54,793 nucleotides of DNA from Nitrospinota bacterium (GTDB lineage Bacteria; Nitrospinota; Nitrospinia; UBA9942): assembly GCA_003489165.1 (NCBI GenBank), contig DNJG01000007.1:1-54793 (forward strand), given 5' to 3'. Position 1 is the first letter of the stretch. Every line of letters begins with the position of its first letter. Positions 32,842-41,356 of the stretch are shown here, piece after piece. Below the pieces are notes generated by a model. It made no database searches. It saw only the letters and a list, made by a program, of their open reading frames with translations, and was not told the origin of the DNA. A program made the translations under genes and the position numbers.

Positions 32842-32860
32842 TATTAATGGAGGTGGGGAT

Positions 32861-33109
32861 ATGGATACTGAGAAGGTAACAATCTATACAGAAAAATTTA
32901 TGATTGTGGGTGAGGCTGCTATCACGAGAAAAGGATACAGAAAAAGATTATCTGATTTTTTAAATGATAAGGATGTTCAGTTTATCCCTATTATAAAGGC
33001 AAAACTATCTCCCCTTGATATGAAGAGGGATGCCACAGAGGCAGAAATATTGATATTAAATAAAAATGAAATAATCATGATATTGCCTGAAAAGGGAGTT
33101 GAATTATAG
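32861..33109 (+). CDS. Hypothetical small protein
   Basis: 82 aa from the ATG at 32861, preceded by SD GGAGGTGG. No motif recognised. Confidence 0.45.
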   Translation: MDTEKVTIYTEKFMIVGEAAITRKGYRKRLSDFLNDKDVQFIPIIKAKLSPLDMKRDATEAEILILNKNEIIMILPEKGVEL

Positions 33110-33181
33110 ATTAGCTACTTATTAACGCGGACTTAAAAGAAAATTTTTTAGTCAGTGAAAGTCTGTGGCTGATTATTTATT

Positions 33182-34693
33182 ATGAAATCTAAAAAGGTCT
33201 ATCTTATAGGTGCGGGTCCTGGCGACCCGGGATTACTTACGCTCAAGGGGAAGAGGTGTATTGAGGAGGCTGATGTAATTATTTACGACCATCTTGTCAA
33301 TAAAAAACTTCTTGAGTTTGCAAAGGATGGCGCTGAAATCATATATGTTGGAAAAGTAGCCGGGAAACATACCAAATCTCAAGAGGAGATAAATTTATTG
33401 CTTGTAACAAAGGCAAAAGAGGGAAAGATTGTAGCCCGTCTTAAAGGGGGCGACCCTTTTATATTTGGGAGGGGCGGAGAGGAGGCATTGGAGCTTGTAA
33501 GCCATAAAATACCATTTGAGGTTATACCCGGAATTACTGCCGCCACATCAGTCCCCGCTTATGCAGGGATACCGCTCACACACAGGGATTTTAATTCTTC
33601 TATAGCTCTTATTACAGGGCATGAAGACCCGTCAGAAGGCGGCTCAAAGATAGAGTGGAAGGGACTTTCCACCTGTATAGAAAATCTAATCTTTTTTATG
33701 GGAGCAAAGAATCTCACCAATATAGTTAAAAAATTAATAGAAAATGGGAGAAAACCTGATACACCTATTGCAGTCATAAGATGGGGGACAACCCCTTTAC
33801 AGGAGACAATAATAGGGAGATTGAATGATATTACTGAAAAAGCCAAGAATGTAAAACCTCCTGCCATTATAGTTGTAGGCGGTGTTGTGGCATTAAGAGA
33901 AAAATTAAACTGGTTTGAGAAAAAACCGCTCTTTGGCAAGAGGATACTTATAACGAGGCCAAAGGGGCAGGCAAAGAGTTTTGTTGAACTCCTTGAGAAT
34001 GAGGGTGCAATTACCATACAGATGCCTACAATAGAAACCGTCCCCCCTGATTCATGGGATGCATTGGATAATGCCATAAATAGGCTTGATACATATCAAT
34101 GGCTCATTTTCACAAGTGCAAATGGTGTGAGATTTTTCATTGAAAGGCTTAAGGCTAATAAAAAGGATATTAGAGAACTTAAGGGTATAAAAATCTGTGC
34201 AATAGGTCCAAAGACTGCGGCATCTGTAAAGGCTCTCGGAATAAGGGTTGATGCCATGCCTGAAAAGTATATAGCAGAGGGTGTAATAGAGGAGATGAAG
34301 AAACATGGAATAGAGGGGAAGAAGATACTTCTCCCGAGGGCTTCTGTTGCAAGAGATATTCTGCCGCTGGAGCTAAAGAAAATGGGTGCTGAAATATATG
34401 TGGTTGATGCCTATAAAACAGTTAAGCCTGTAGAAAAAGCAAATGAGATAAAAAATATGCTGAAAAATGGGGAGATAGATGTGATAACATTTACTTCATC
34501 ATCTACTGTAAAAAATTTCATGCCATATTTTGAAGAAGACAAGAAAATGCTTGATAATGTAACAATCGCCAGTATAGGACCAATTACTGCAAAGACAGTT
34601 GAGGAGTTTGGATTAAAAAATAATATTGTATCGGATAAACACACGATTGAGAGATTTACTGGAAAGATAATTGAATATTTTGGGAGGGAATAA
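33182..34693 (+). CDS. cobA/hemD: Bifunctional uroporphyrinogen-III C-methyltransferase / uroporphyrinogen-III synthase
   Basis: N-terminal SUMT domain (VYLIGAGPGDPGLLTLKG, GGDPFIFGRGGEE) fused to a C-terminal HemD-like domain (~250 aa). Confidence 0.88.
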   Translation: MKSKKVYLIGAGPGDPGLLTLKGKRCIEEADVIIYDHLVNKKLLEFAKDGAEIIYVGKVAGKHTKSQEEINLLLVTKAKEGKIVARLKGGDPFIFGRGGEEALELVSHKIPFEVIPGITAATSVPAYAGIPLTHRDFNSSIALITGHEDPSEGGSKIEWKGLSTCIENLIFFMGAKNLTNIVKKLIENGRKPDTPIAVIRWGTTPLQETIIGRLNDITEKAKNVKPPAIIVVGGVVALREKLNWFEKKPLFGKRILITRPKGQAKSFVELLENEGAITIQMPTIETVPPDSWDALDNAINRLDTYQWLIFTSANGVRFFIERLKANKKDIRELKGIKICAIGPKTAASVKALGIRVDAMPEKYIAEGVIEEMKKHGIEGKKILLPRASVARDILPLELKKMGAEIYVVDAYKTVKPVEKANEIKNMLKNGEIDVITFTSSSTVKNFMPYFEEDKKMLDNVTIASIGPITAKTVEEFGLKNNIVSDKHTIERFTGKIIEYFGRE

Positions 34694-34694
34694 T

Positions 34695-35003
34695 ATGGCA
34701 AAAAAAGAAGAGCCTGTGGCAGGAGAATTGATGCTTGAGATTAATCAGTTGATAGAGGGCGGGGTTTACAGTAATGCGGCAAATATCATCCATAGCAAAA
34801 ATGAATTTATATTTGATTTTGCCATTATCCTTCCGGGTAAAAACGCAGCAAGGGTTCAATCAAGGGTAATTACAAACCCTCTCCATGCAAAACAACTATT
34901 GATAGCACTTCAGAACAATATATCTAAATATGAGCAGTCTTTCGGTGAGATAAAGGTTGACGCAGCTCAGCCAATACTGAAGACACCAGAAACAATGCAT
35001 TAA
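34695..35003 (+). CDS. DUF3467-family protein
   Basis: ATG at 34695 follows SD GGGAGGG. NEFIFDF...HAKQLLIALQNNISKYEQSFGEI resembles DUF3467. Confidence 0.6.
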   Translation: MAKKEEPVAGELMLEINQLIEGGVYSNAANIIHSKNEFIFDFAIILPGKNAARVQSRVITNPLHAKQLLIALQNNISKYEQSFGEIKVDAAQPILKTPETMH

Positions 35004-35020
35004 TAAATGGGAGGTAAAAA

Positions 35021-35995
35021 ATGGGATTTCCAGTTATACGAATGAGAAGGTTAAGAAAAAATGAGAATCTAAGAAGGATGGTCAGAGAAACCACTCTTTC
35101 AGTGGATAATCTGATTTACCCGCTATTTGTTACATTTGGGAAAGGTATAAAGGATGAGATTGGCTCAATGCCGGGGACAGCTCGCTTTTCCATAGACATG
35201 CTCTCCAAAGAGATAAAAGAAGTAAAGGGACTTGGCATTCCTGCTGTCATACTCTTTGGAATACCTGAGAAAAAAGATGATGTAGGTTCTGAGGCATATA
35301 ACCCTAATGGGATTGTCCAGAGGGCTATAAAAGAGATTAAGTCTATAGCCCCTGATTTAATTGTCATAACAGATGTCTGTATAGATGAATATACATCACA
35401 TGGGCACTGCGGTATTGTAAAAGGAAATGAGATATTGAATGACCCCACACTGGAGCTGTTATCAAAGATGGCATTAACCCATGTCAAGGCAGGTGCTGAT
35501 ATGGTGGCACCATCTGATATGATGGATGGAAGGGTTGGTGCAATAAGAAAGGGACTTGATGAAAAGAATTTTACAGATATACCGATTATGTCTTATGCCG
35601 CAAAGTATGCCTCAGCTTTTTATGGGCCATTCAGGGACGCCTGTGATTCTTCCCCAAAATTCGGAGACAGAAAATCTTATCAAATGGATCCCGGGAATAG
35701 TGACGAGGCGATAAGGGAGGTAGCCCTTGATATTGAAGAGGGGGCAGATATTATCATGGTAAAACCTGCAATGGCATTTCTTGATATTGTAAGAAGGGTA
35801 AAGGATGAATTCAACATACCTGTTGCTGCATATAATGTTAGCGGTGAATATTCTATGGTAAAGGCGGCGGCTGAAAAGGGTTGGATAGATGGTGAAAAGA
35901 TTATGATGGAGATTCTTCTAAATATTAAAAGGGCAGGTGCGGATATGATTCTAACCTACTTTGCCAAAGACGCAGCAAAGATTTTAAATAGATAA
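35021..35995 (+). CDS. hemB: Porphobilinogen synthase (delta-aminolevulinate dehydratase)
   Basis: 324 aa with the active-site lysine contexts (MVKPA...) and a metal motif [14 protein letters not shown]. Confidence 0.92.
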   Translation: MGFPVIRMRRLRKNENLRRMVRETTLSVDNLIYPLFVTFGKGIKDEIGSMPGTARFSIDMLSKEIKEVKGLGIPAVILFGIPEKKDDVGSEAYNPNGIVQRAIKEIKSIAPDLIVITDVCIDEYTSHGHCGIVKGNEILNDPTLELLSKMALTHVKAGADMVAPSDMMDGRVGAIRKGLDEKNFTDIPIMSYAAKYASAFYGPFRDACDSSPKFGDRKSYQMDPGNSDEAIREVALDIEEGADIIMVKPAMAFLDIVRRVKDEFNIPVAAYNVSGEYSMVKAAAEKGWIDGEKIMMEILLNIKRAGADMILTYFAKDAAKILNR

Positions 35996-35999
35996 ATTT

Positions 36000-37406
36000 A
36001 TGCTTATTAATGGTGAATGGAGAGCAGGTAAAGAATATTTTGATGTAAAAAATCCGTATGACGGTAGTTCTTTAGATTTAGTGCCCCTCTCTTCAAAAAA
36101 GGATGTAGAGGATGCAATAGAATCTGCTAAAAATGCCTTTGCTGTTATGTCAGAAATGCCTGCCTATAAAAGGTCAGTTATACTTTCAAATACCTCAAAA
36201 ATTATAGAAAGCACAAAAAGAGAGATTTCAGAGTTAATAACAAAGGAATCGGGAAAGGCGATTAAATACTCTCTCGCCGAAGTAGAGCGTTCAATACAGA
36301 CATTTCAATTCGCTGCTGAGGAGGCAAAACAGATTCATGGTGAGACTATACCGATGGATGCCTCGCCAAATTCAGAAAAGAGGTTTGCATTTTATCAGCC
36401 ATTCCCGATTGGTATTATAGGTGCTATTACACCCTTCAATTTTCCTTTAAACCTTGTTGCCCATAAGATAGCCCCTGCAATTGCCTCCGGCAATTCTGTA
36501 GTTTTAAAACCTGCAAGCTATACACCCCTTACATCTATTAAACTTGGTGAGATAATGATGGAGGCAGGACTTCCAAAGGGTGCATTAAATATAGTCTTCG
36601 GTGGAGGCTCAACTGTCGGGGAGTGGCTCGTAGAGAGTCAGGATTTAGCAATGATTTCTTTTACAGGGAGTCCATCTGTCGGAAAGAGGATTAAAGAAAG
36701 GGCAGGGATGAAAAGGGTGGCACTTGAACTCGGCTCAAATTCCGCAGCAATAATAGAGCCTGATGCTGATATAGATATGGCAATACCGAGATGTATCATG
36801 GGCGCATTCTCCAATTCAGGACAGGTTTGTATCTCACTCCAGAGGATATATATTCATGAAAAAGTCTTTGATGAGTTTAAAGATAAATTCATAAGGACAG
36901 CAAAAAAGTTAAAGGTTGGGAATCCAATGGAGACTGATACAGAATATGGGCCAATGATAAATGAGAAAGAGGCCGTAAGGGCAGAGGAATGGATAAAAGA
37001 AGCTGTTAGTAAGGGGGCAAAAATTCTATGCGGTGGAGAGAGAAATGGTAATATAATAACACCAACAGTTATGACAGAGGTAAAAAAGGATATGAAGGTT
37101 GTATGTAACGAGGCATTTGCACCCCTTGCAGCATTGATTAAATACAGAAAATTTGATGAGGCACTTGACATGGTGAATGACTCAATTTATGGCCTTCAGA
37201 CAGGTATTTTTACGAGAGATATAAATAAGGCGTTTAATGGATTTAAGAAGCTTCATGTTGGTGGGGTAATAATAAACGATGGCCCTACATTCAGGGTTGA
37301 CCACATGCCCTATGGAGGAGTCAAAGAAAGCGGGACAGGCCGTGAGGGAATCAAGTTTGCCATAAGAGAAATGGCTGAGCTGAAATTAATGGTTTTCAAC
37401 CTTTGA
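36000..37406 (+). CDS. NAD(P)-dependent aldehyde dehydrogenase
   Basis: 468 aa with the ALDH motifs FTGSPSVGKRI, ELGSNSA and the catalytic Cys in GQVCISLQRIY. Confidence 0.88.
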   Translation: MLINGEWRAGKEYFDVKNPYDGSSLDLVPLSSKKDVEDAIESAKNAFAVMSEMPAYKRSVILSNTSKIIESTKREISELITKESGKAIKYSLAEVERSIQTFQFAAEEAKQIHGETIPMDASPNSEKRFAFYQPFPIGIIGAITPFNFPLNLVAHKIAPAIASGNSVVLKPASYTPLTSIKLGEIMMEAGLPKGALNIVFGGGSTVGEWLVESQDLAMISFTGSPSVGKRIKERAGMKRVALELGSNSAAIIEPDADIDMAIPRCIMGAFSNSGQVCISLQRIYIHEKVFDEFKDKFIRTAKKLKVGNPMETDTEYGPMINEKEAVRAEEWIKEAVSKGAKILCGGERNGNIITPTVMTEVKKDMKVVCNEAFAPLAALIKYRKFDEALDMVNDSIYGLQTGIFTRDINKAFNGFKKLHVGGVIINDGPTFRVDHMPYGGVKESGTGREGIKFAIREMAELKLMVFNL

Positions 37407-37411
37407 AAAAT

Positions 37412-37696
37412 ATGAAAAATATAGTAATAATAATTTTTGTAATGCTTTTATTTGTCGGATGTGGAGGCGGAATCAATCTGATTAAGACAGACCTGCTTAA
37501 ACCTGAAAAGGTCCGTCTTATAAAAATCAAGGTTACCACTAAGGAGGAAATAATAAATATTTTTGGAGAGCCTCTAAATATACTAGATGTAGATGAAAAA
37601 GAGCAGTATTTCTATAAAGATGAAAATCTAAAATCCCTCTGGATAGAGTTTGATAAGGATGGAAAGGTTTACGACTATATCTATTCAAAAAAATAA
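37412..37696 (+). CDS. Small lipoprotein, unknown function
   Basis: MKNIVIIIFVMLLFVGC lipobox. The tracked start at 37403 is a TTG that overlaps the upstream stop. Confidence 0.5.
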   Translation: MKNIVIIIFVMLLFVGCGGGINLIKTDLLKPEKVRLIKIKVTTKEEIINIFGEPLNILDVDEKEQYFYKDENLKSLWIEFDKDGKVYDYIYSKK

Positions 37697-37735
37697 AGAA
37701 TATTCAGCCACTAATCTACACAAATATTCATGAAA

Positions 37736-37764
37736 TTGACAGTCTATAAACTTATCTTTAGTAT
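37736..37764 (+). promoter_or_regulatory. Putative sigma70-type promoter (TTGACA-17 nt-TAGTAT), possibly producing a leaderless mRNA
   Basis: TTGACA at 37736-37741 and TAGTAT at 37759-37764, with the ATG at 37771 and no SD in between. Confidence 0.4.
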
Positions 37765-37770
37765 TTTCCT

Positions 37771-38889
37771 ATGAAACAACATATAATTCCAATATTCATT
37801 CCATATTCAGGCTGTCCCCACCGCTGTATCTTTTGCAATCAAAATAAGATTGCTGGAGAAAATATATATTTTAATACAGAAACAATAAGGAAAACTATTG
37901 ATAACCGGCTCTCCTTATCATCTGTCAGCTATTGGCTATCCGCTATTGGCAGCAGACAGGTTGCATTCTATGGAGGCAGTTTCACTGCCATCCCCTTAGA
38001 AAGGCAGGAGAGTCTCCTGTCTTCTGTATTACCCTATTTAAACAATAGAGTAATTGACAGCATAAGATTATCTACAAGACCTGATAGTATAACTGTTGAA
38101 AATCTTGCACTCTTAAAGAGATATAAAGTTAAGACTGTTGAACTTGGTGTTCAGTCAATGGATAACTCTGTTTTATCAGTGTCGGAAAGGGGGCATTCAG
38201 CAGCTGAAGTGAGGAGTTCTTGCAAACTCCTTAAATCCCACGGTTTTGAGGTAGGAATCCAGATTATGCCGGGTCTTCCCGGTGATACATTTGAAAGCTC
38301 ATTATATACTGCGGATGAGGTTATAAAACTTAAACCCGATTTTGTGAGGATATACCCGGCAGTTGTTATAAAGAATACAGGGCTTGCTGATTTGTATCTA
38401 AGTGGTTCTTTTAAACCCTTGAGCCTTGGCGATGCTGTAAGACTGGCTAAAAATCTGCTTGTCAGGTTTGAGGTCAATAATATTCCTGTCATCCGAATAG
38501 GACTCCAGCCTACTTCATCATTATTAGAAAAAGATGTCATTTTAGACGGGCCATTTCATCCTGCTTTCAGACAATTAGTAGAATCAGCGATAGCCTATGA
38601 AATGATGAGGTATGCAATATACAGAAGTCAGAAGTTAAAACATGGTAGTTTTTTTATCCCATCCATTGAATTATCCAACTTCATAGGACAAAAAAGGGAA
38701 GTTATAAAAAAAATAGAATCTGAGTTTGATATTAAGGTTGATGTAAAGCCTGACAGCAGGCTTAAACCAGGAGAGTTTGATTTTGACAACAGCCTTAAAA
38801 AAATACACATTAAAAGAAAAGAGGTTTTAAAAGAATTTCTTTCCTCAACAGCTGCAAACTATGCAATTACAGGTAACAGAAATTTTTAA
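37771..38889 (+). CDS. Radical SAM protein, Elp3-like family
   Basis: IPIFIPYSGCPHRCIFCNQ (CxxxCxxC at the extreme N-terminus), as in the Elp3-like radical-SAM group. Confidence 0.65.
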   Translation: MKQHIIPIFIPYSGCPHRCIFCNQNKIAGENIYFNTETIRKTIDNRLSLSSVSYWLSAIGSRQVAFYGGSFTAIPLERQESLLSSVLPYLNNRVIDSIRLSTRPDSITVENLALLKRYKVKTVELGVQSMDNSVLSVSERGHSAAEVRSSCKLLKSHGFEVGIQIMPGLPGDTFESSLYTADEVIKLKPDFVRIYPAVVIKNTGLADLYLSGSFKPLSLGDAVRLAKNLLVRFEVNNIPVIRIGLQPTSSLLEKDVILDGPFHPAFRQLVESAIAYEMMRYAIYRSQKLKHGSFFIPSIELSNFIGQKREVIKKIESEFDIKVDVKPDSRLKPGEFDFDNSLKKIHIKRKEVLKEFLSSTAANYAITGNRNF

Positions 38890-39523
38890 AAGCATTCAGG
38901 GGGAATCTTCACTCTCAGGAACCCCCTGTGTATTCATACGGTTAACAGGCTGCAACCTTAGATGTCGCTACTGTGATACAGTCTATGCGTATGAAGGCGG
39001 AGATTGGCTTTCAATAGATGATATACTCTCAAAGGTCGATGATTACAAATGCGACTTAGTAGAAATAACAGGGGGCGAGCCTCTCCTTCAGAATGGTGTA
39101 TATCTTTTGATAAGTGCCTTATTAAAAACAGGTAAATATATCTTGATTGAGACAAATGGGAGTATTGATATTGGAAGGGTTCAAGAGTTCAAGGGTTTAA
39201 GGATTCAAAGACTCAAAATAATCATGGATATCAAATGCCCTGACAGTGGTATGTCAGAAAGGATGAATTGGAGGAATTTAGATAAATTGTATAATAATGA
39301 CGAGGTGAAGTTTGTTATAAGCAGCAGAGGAGATTATGACTGGTCAAAAGAGATAATAAAAAAATATTCACTTACTGATAGATGCCATATTTTAATGTCC
39401 CCTGTTTATGATAATTTGACTGCTGAAGAATTGTCAGGGTGGATACTTAATGATAATCTGAATGTAAGATTGAATCTCCAGATACATAAATACATCTGGG
39501 GTGAATCCGTGAAAGGGGTATAA
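38861..39523 (+). CDS. queE: 7-carboxy-7-deazaguanine synthase
   Basis: EIFKSIQGES, RLTGCNLRCRYCDT, ITGGEPLLQ, ETNGS and a C-terminal LQIHKYIWG. Confidence 0.88.
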   Translation: MQLQVTEIFKSIQGESSLSGTPCVFIRLTGCNLRCRYCDTVYAYEGGDWLSIDDILSKVDDYKCDLVEITGGEPLLQNGVYLLISALLKTGKYILIETNGSIDIGRVQEFKGLRIQRLKIIMDIKCPDSGMSERMNWRNLDKLYNNDEVKFVISSRGDYDWSKEIIKKYSLTDRCHILMSPVYDNLTAEELSGWILNDNLNVRLNLQIHKYIWGESVKGV

Positions 39524-39524
39524 G

Positions 39525-39758
39525 ATGAAAGATATACAGACCGAACTTGAATGCATAAGCATTAGACTGGAGATGTTGAATGATGAAAGCAGGAGGCTTT
39601 ATAAACTTTTAGAAAATTTCAAAGTGCCAAACGCCATACCGCCTGAAGAGATAAAAATAAAAATACTTGAAACGCTTGAAAAGAGAAAAAAAGAAATGAA
39701 AGACGAAATTGAGGAACTGTCAATCAGGATTAGAGAACTAAACAATATAAAATATTAA
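39525..39758 (+). CDS. Hypothetical coiled-coil protein
   Basis: 77 aa, Glu/Lys-rich, with its start 2 nt after the queE stop. Confidence 0.4.
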   Translation: MKDIQTELECISIRLEMLNDESRRLYKLLENFKVPNAIPPEEIKIKILETLEKRKKEMKDEIEELSIRIRELNNIKY

Positions 39759-39799
39759 ACAGCTATATTCCCCTCACCTCTCTAAGAATTTGACTTTAT

Positions 39800-40075
39800 T
39801 TACTTGTTTACCGCATCCTTAAAATACTTTCCTGATTTAAACCTGACCACACTGCGGGCGGATATTTCTGCCTCCTTGCCAGTCTTTGGATTCCTTCCAA
39901 TCCTTGTATTTTTATTTCTTACAGAGAACGATCCAAACCTCCTGAGGACAACCGCTTCACCTTTACCCAGTGTCTCCTTTATCTTTTCAATTATCAGCTC
40001 TACAGCCTCCTCTGCCTGAGGTTTAGGCAAACCAGCCTTTTCAACAACCCTGTTTATTATATCTAACTTTGTCAT
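39800..40075 (-). CDS. HU/IHF-family DNA-binding protein
   Basis: 91 aa with RRFGSFSVRNKNTRIGRNPKTGKEAEISARSVVRFKSGK (the beta-arm of HU/IHF). Confidence 0.9.
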   Translation of the reverse strand: MTKLDIINRVVEKAGLPKPQAEEAVELIIEKIKETLGKGEAVVLRRFGSFSVRNKNTRIGRNPKTGKEAEISARSVVRFKSGKYFKDAVNK

Positions 40076-40092
40076 ACAGTCCTCCCCATCAA

Positions 40093-41121
40093 CTAAAATT
40101 CTATAACCTTTACATCTGCTTTTTTTCTTAAATCTGCCAAATATTCAGATACTTTCTTGTTTGCTTCCATTGATTTCAAAAAGTTTTTTAGCCTGTCGTG
40201 CACCTCACTCTGCGGTATTGTCCTTGAAGGTTTCTTGTCGGTTAACTTTATTATATGATAACCAAACTCTGTTTCCACAACCTCACTAACCTCATCCTTC
40301 TTTAGGCTAAATGCAGCCTTTTCAAAATTTGGCACCATCATACCTTTGCTAAAAAATCCAAGGTCGCCGCCATTCTGACCGCTTCCTTTATCATCTGAAT
40401 TTTCTTTTGCAAGTTTTGCAAAATCCTCACCCTTCTTCACCCTGATTAAAAGCCCATCAATCTTCTTCTTTGCAGTCTCTTTCGCATCTTTGGCTGCATT
40501 CTTATCAACCATTAAAAGAATATGACTTGCTTTGATAGATTCACCTTCAATAAACTTGTCAGGATTATTTTTATAGTATTCATTAATTGCCTTCTCATCA
40601 ACAATTATCTTATCCTCTATATCATTTTTCATTAATTTCTTTATGGCTAAAGCCTTCCTCACATCGCTCTTTACCTCATCAATTGTCAGGTTCTGGGATT
40701 TTACTGCCTGATTGAACTGCTCTTCAGTTTGAAATTTTGACTTGATAGAGGTAATTTCTTTATTCAATTCATCATCCGATACCTTTATCCCTGTCTTGCT
40801 ACAATTTTGGATAAGCAATTCTCTGTTCACCAAATCATCAACAATGGTCTTATTAATCTCCTTTGAATGTTCTGGAGTAGCTTCTTGCCCCATCATTGCC
40901 AGCCTTCTCTTATAATTCTGCAGTCCTTTACTGAACTCAACACCACTAATCTTTACACCATTTATAGTGGCTACCACATCAGGAACCTTCTCACTCTTTT
41001 CTGCCATCTTTACATCCGGCGAACCTTTACCTTTCCCGCTTTCAGCATAACCATCCTGATAAGACAACAAAAAACCGCCTACAGCTAAAATCATCAAAAA
41101 ACCCTTCACTTTTTTATTCAC
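40093..41121 (-). CDS. Periplasmic parvulin-type peptidyl-prolyl isomerase (SurA/PrsA-like)
   Basis: Signal peptide, SurA-N-like chaperone region and a PpiC domain (ASHILL...GGDLGFF...FGYHIIK). Confidence 0.85.
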   Translation of the reverse strand: MNKKVKGFLMILAVGGFLLSYQDGYAESGKGKGSPDVKMAEKSEKVPDVVATINGVKISGVEFSKGLQNYKRRLAMMGQEATPEHSKEINKTIVDDLVNRELLIQNCSKTGIKVSDDELNKEITSIKSKFQTEEQFNQAVKSQNLTIDEVKSDVRKALAIKKLMKNDIEDKIIVDEKAINEYYKNNPDKFIEGESIKASHILLMVDKNAAKDAKETAKKKIDGLLIRVKKGEDFAKLAKENSDDKGSGQNGGDLGFFSKGMMVPNFEKAAFSLKKDEVSEVVETEFGYHIIKLTDKKPSRTIPQSEVHDRLKNFLKSMEANKKVSEYLADLRKKADVKVIEF

Positions 41122-41190
41122 AATGCTCTCCCTTCACCCCGTAAGACCTTCGGTCCCTTATGGAGTTCACAAATAAGTTAATAAACTAAA

Positions 41191-41266
41191 TGGTGGAGCT
41201 GAGGGGGATCGAACCCCTGACCTACAGACTGCCAGCCTGTCGCTCTCCCAGCTGAGCTACAGCCCC
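41191..41266 (-). tRNA. tRNA-Ala (anticodon GGC), CCA encoded
   Basis: Reverse complement reads GGGGCTGTAGCTCAGCTGGGAGAGCGACAGGCTGGCAGTCTGTAGGTCAGGGGTTCGATCCCCCTCAGCTCCACCA. The G3:U70 identity pair is present. Confidence 0.92.
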
Positions 41267-41356
41267 ATGTTAGCGTAAGTGCCTGTGTTTAGTATTATTA
41301 TCACTAAAAATTAAAATTAACATTAACACTAAATTGTGTCAAGTCTATTTCACCTT

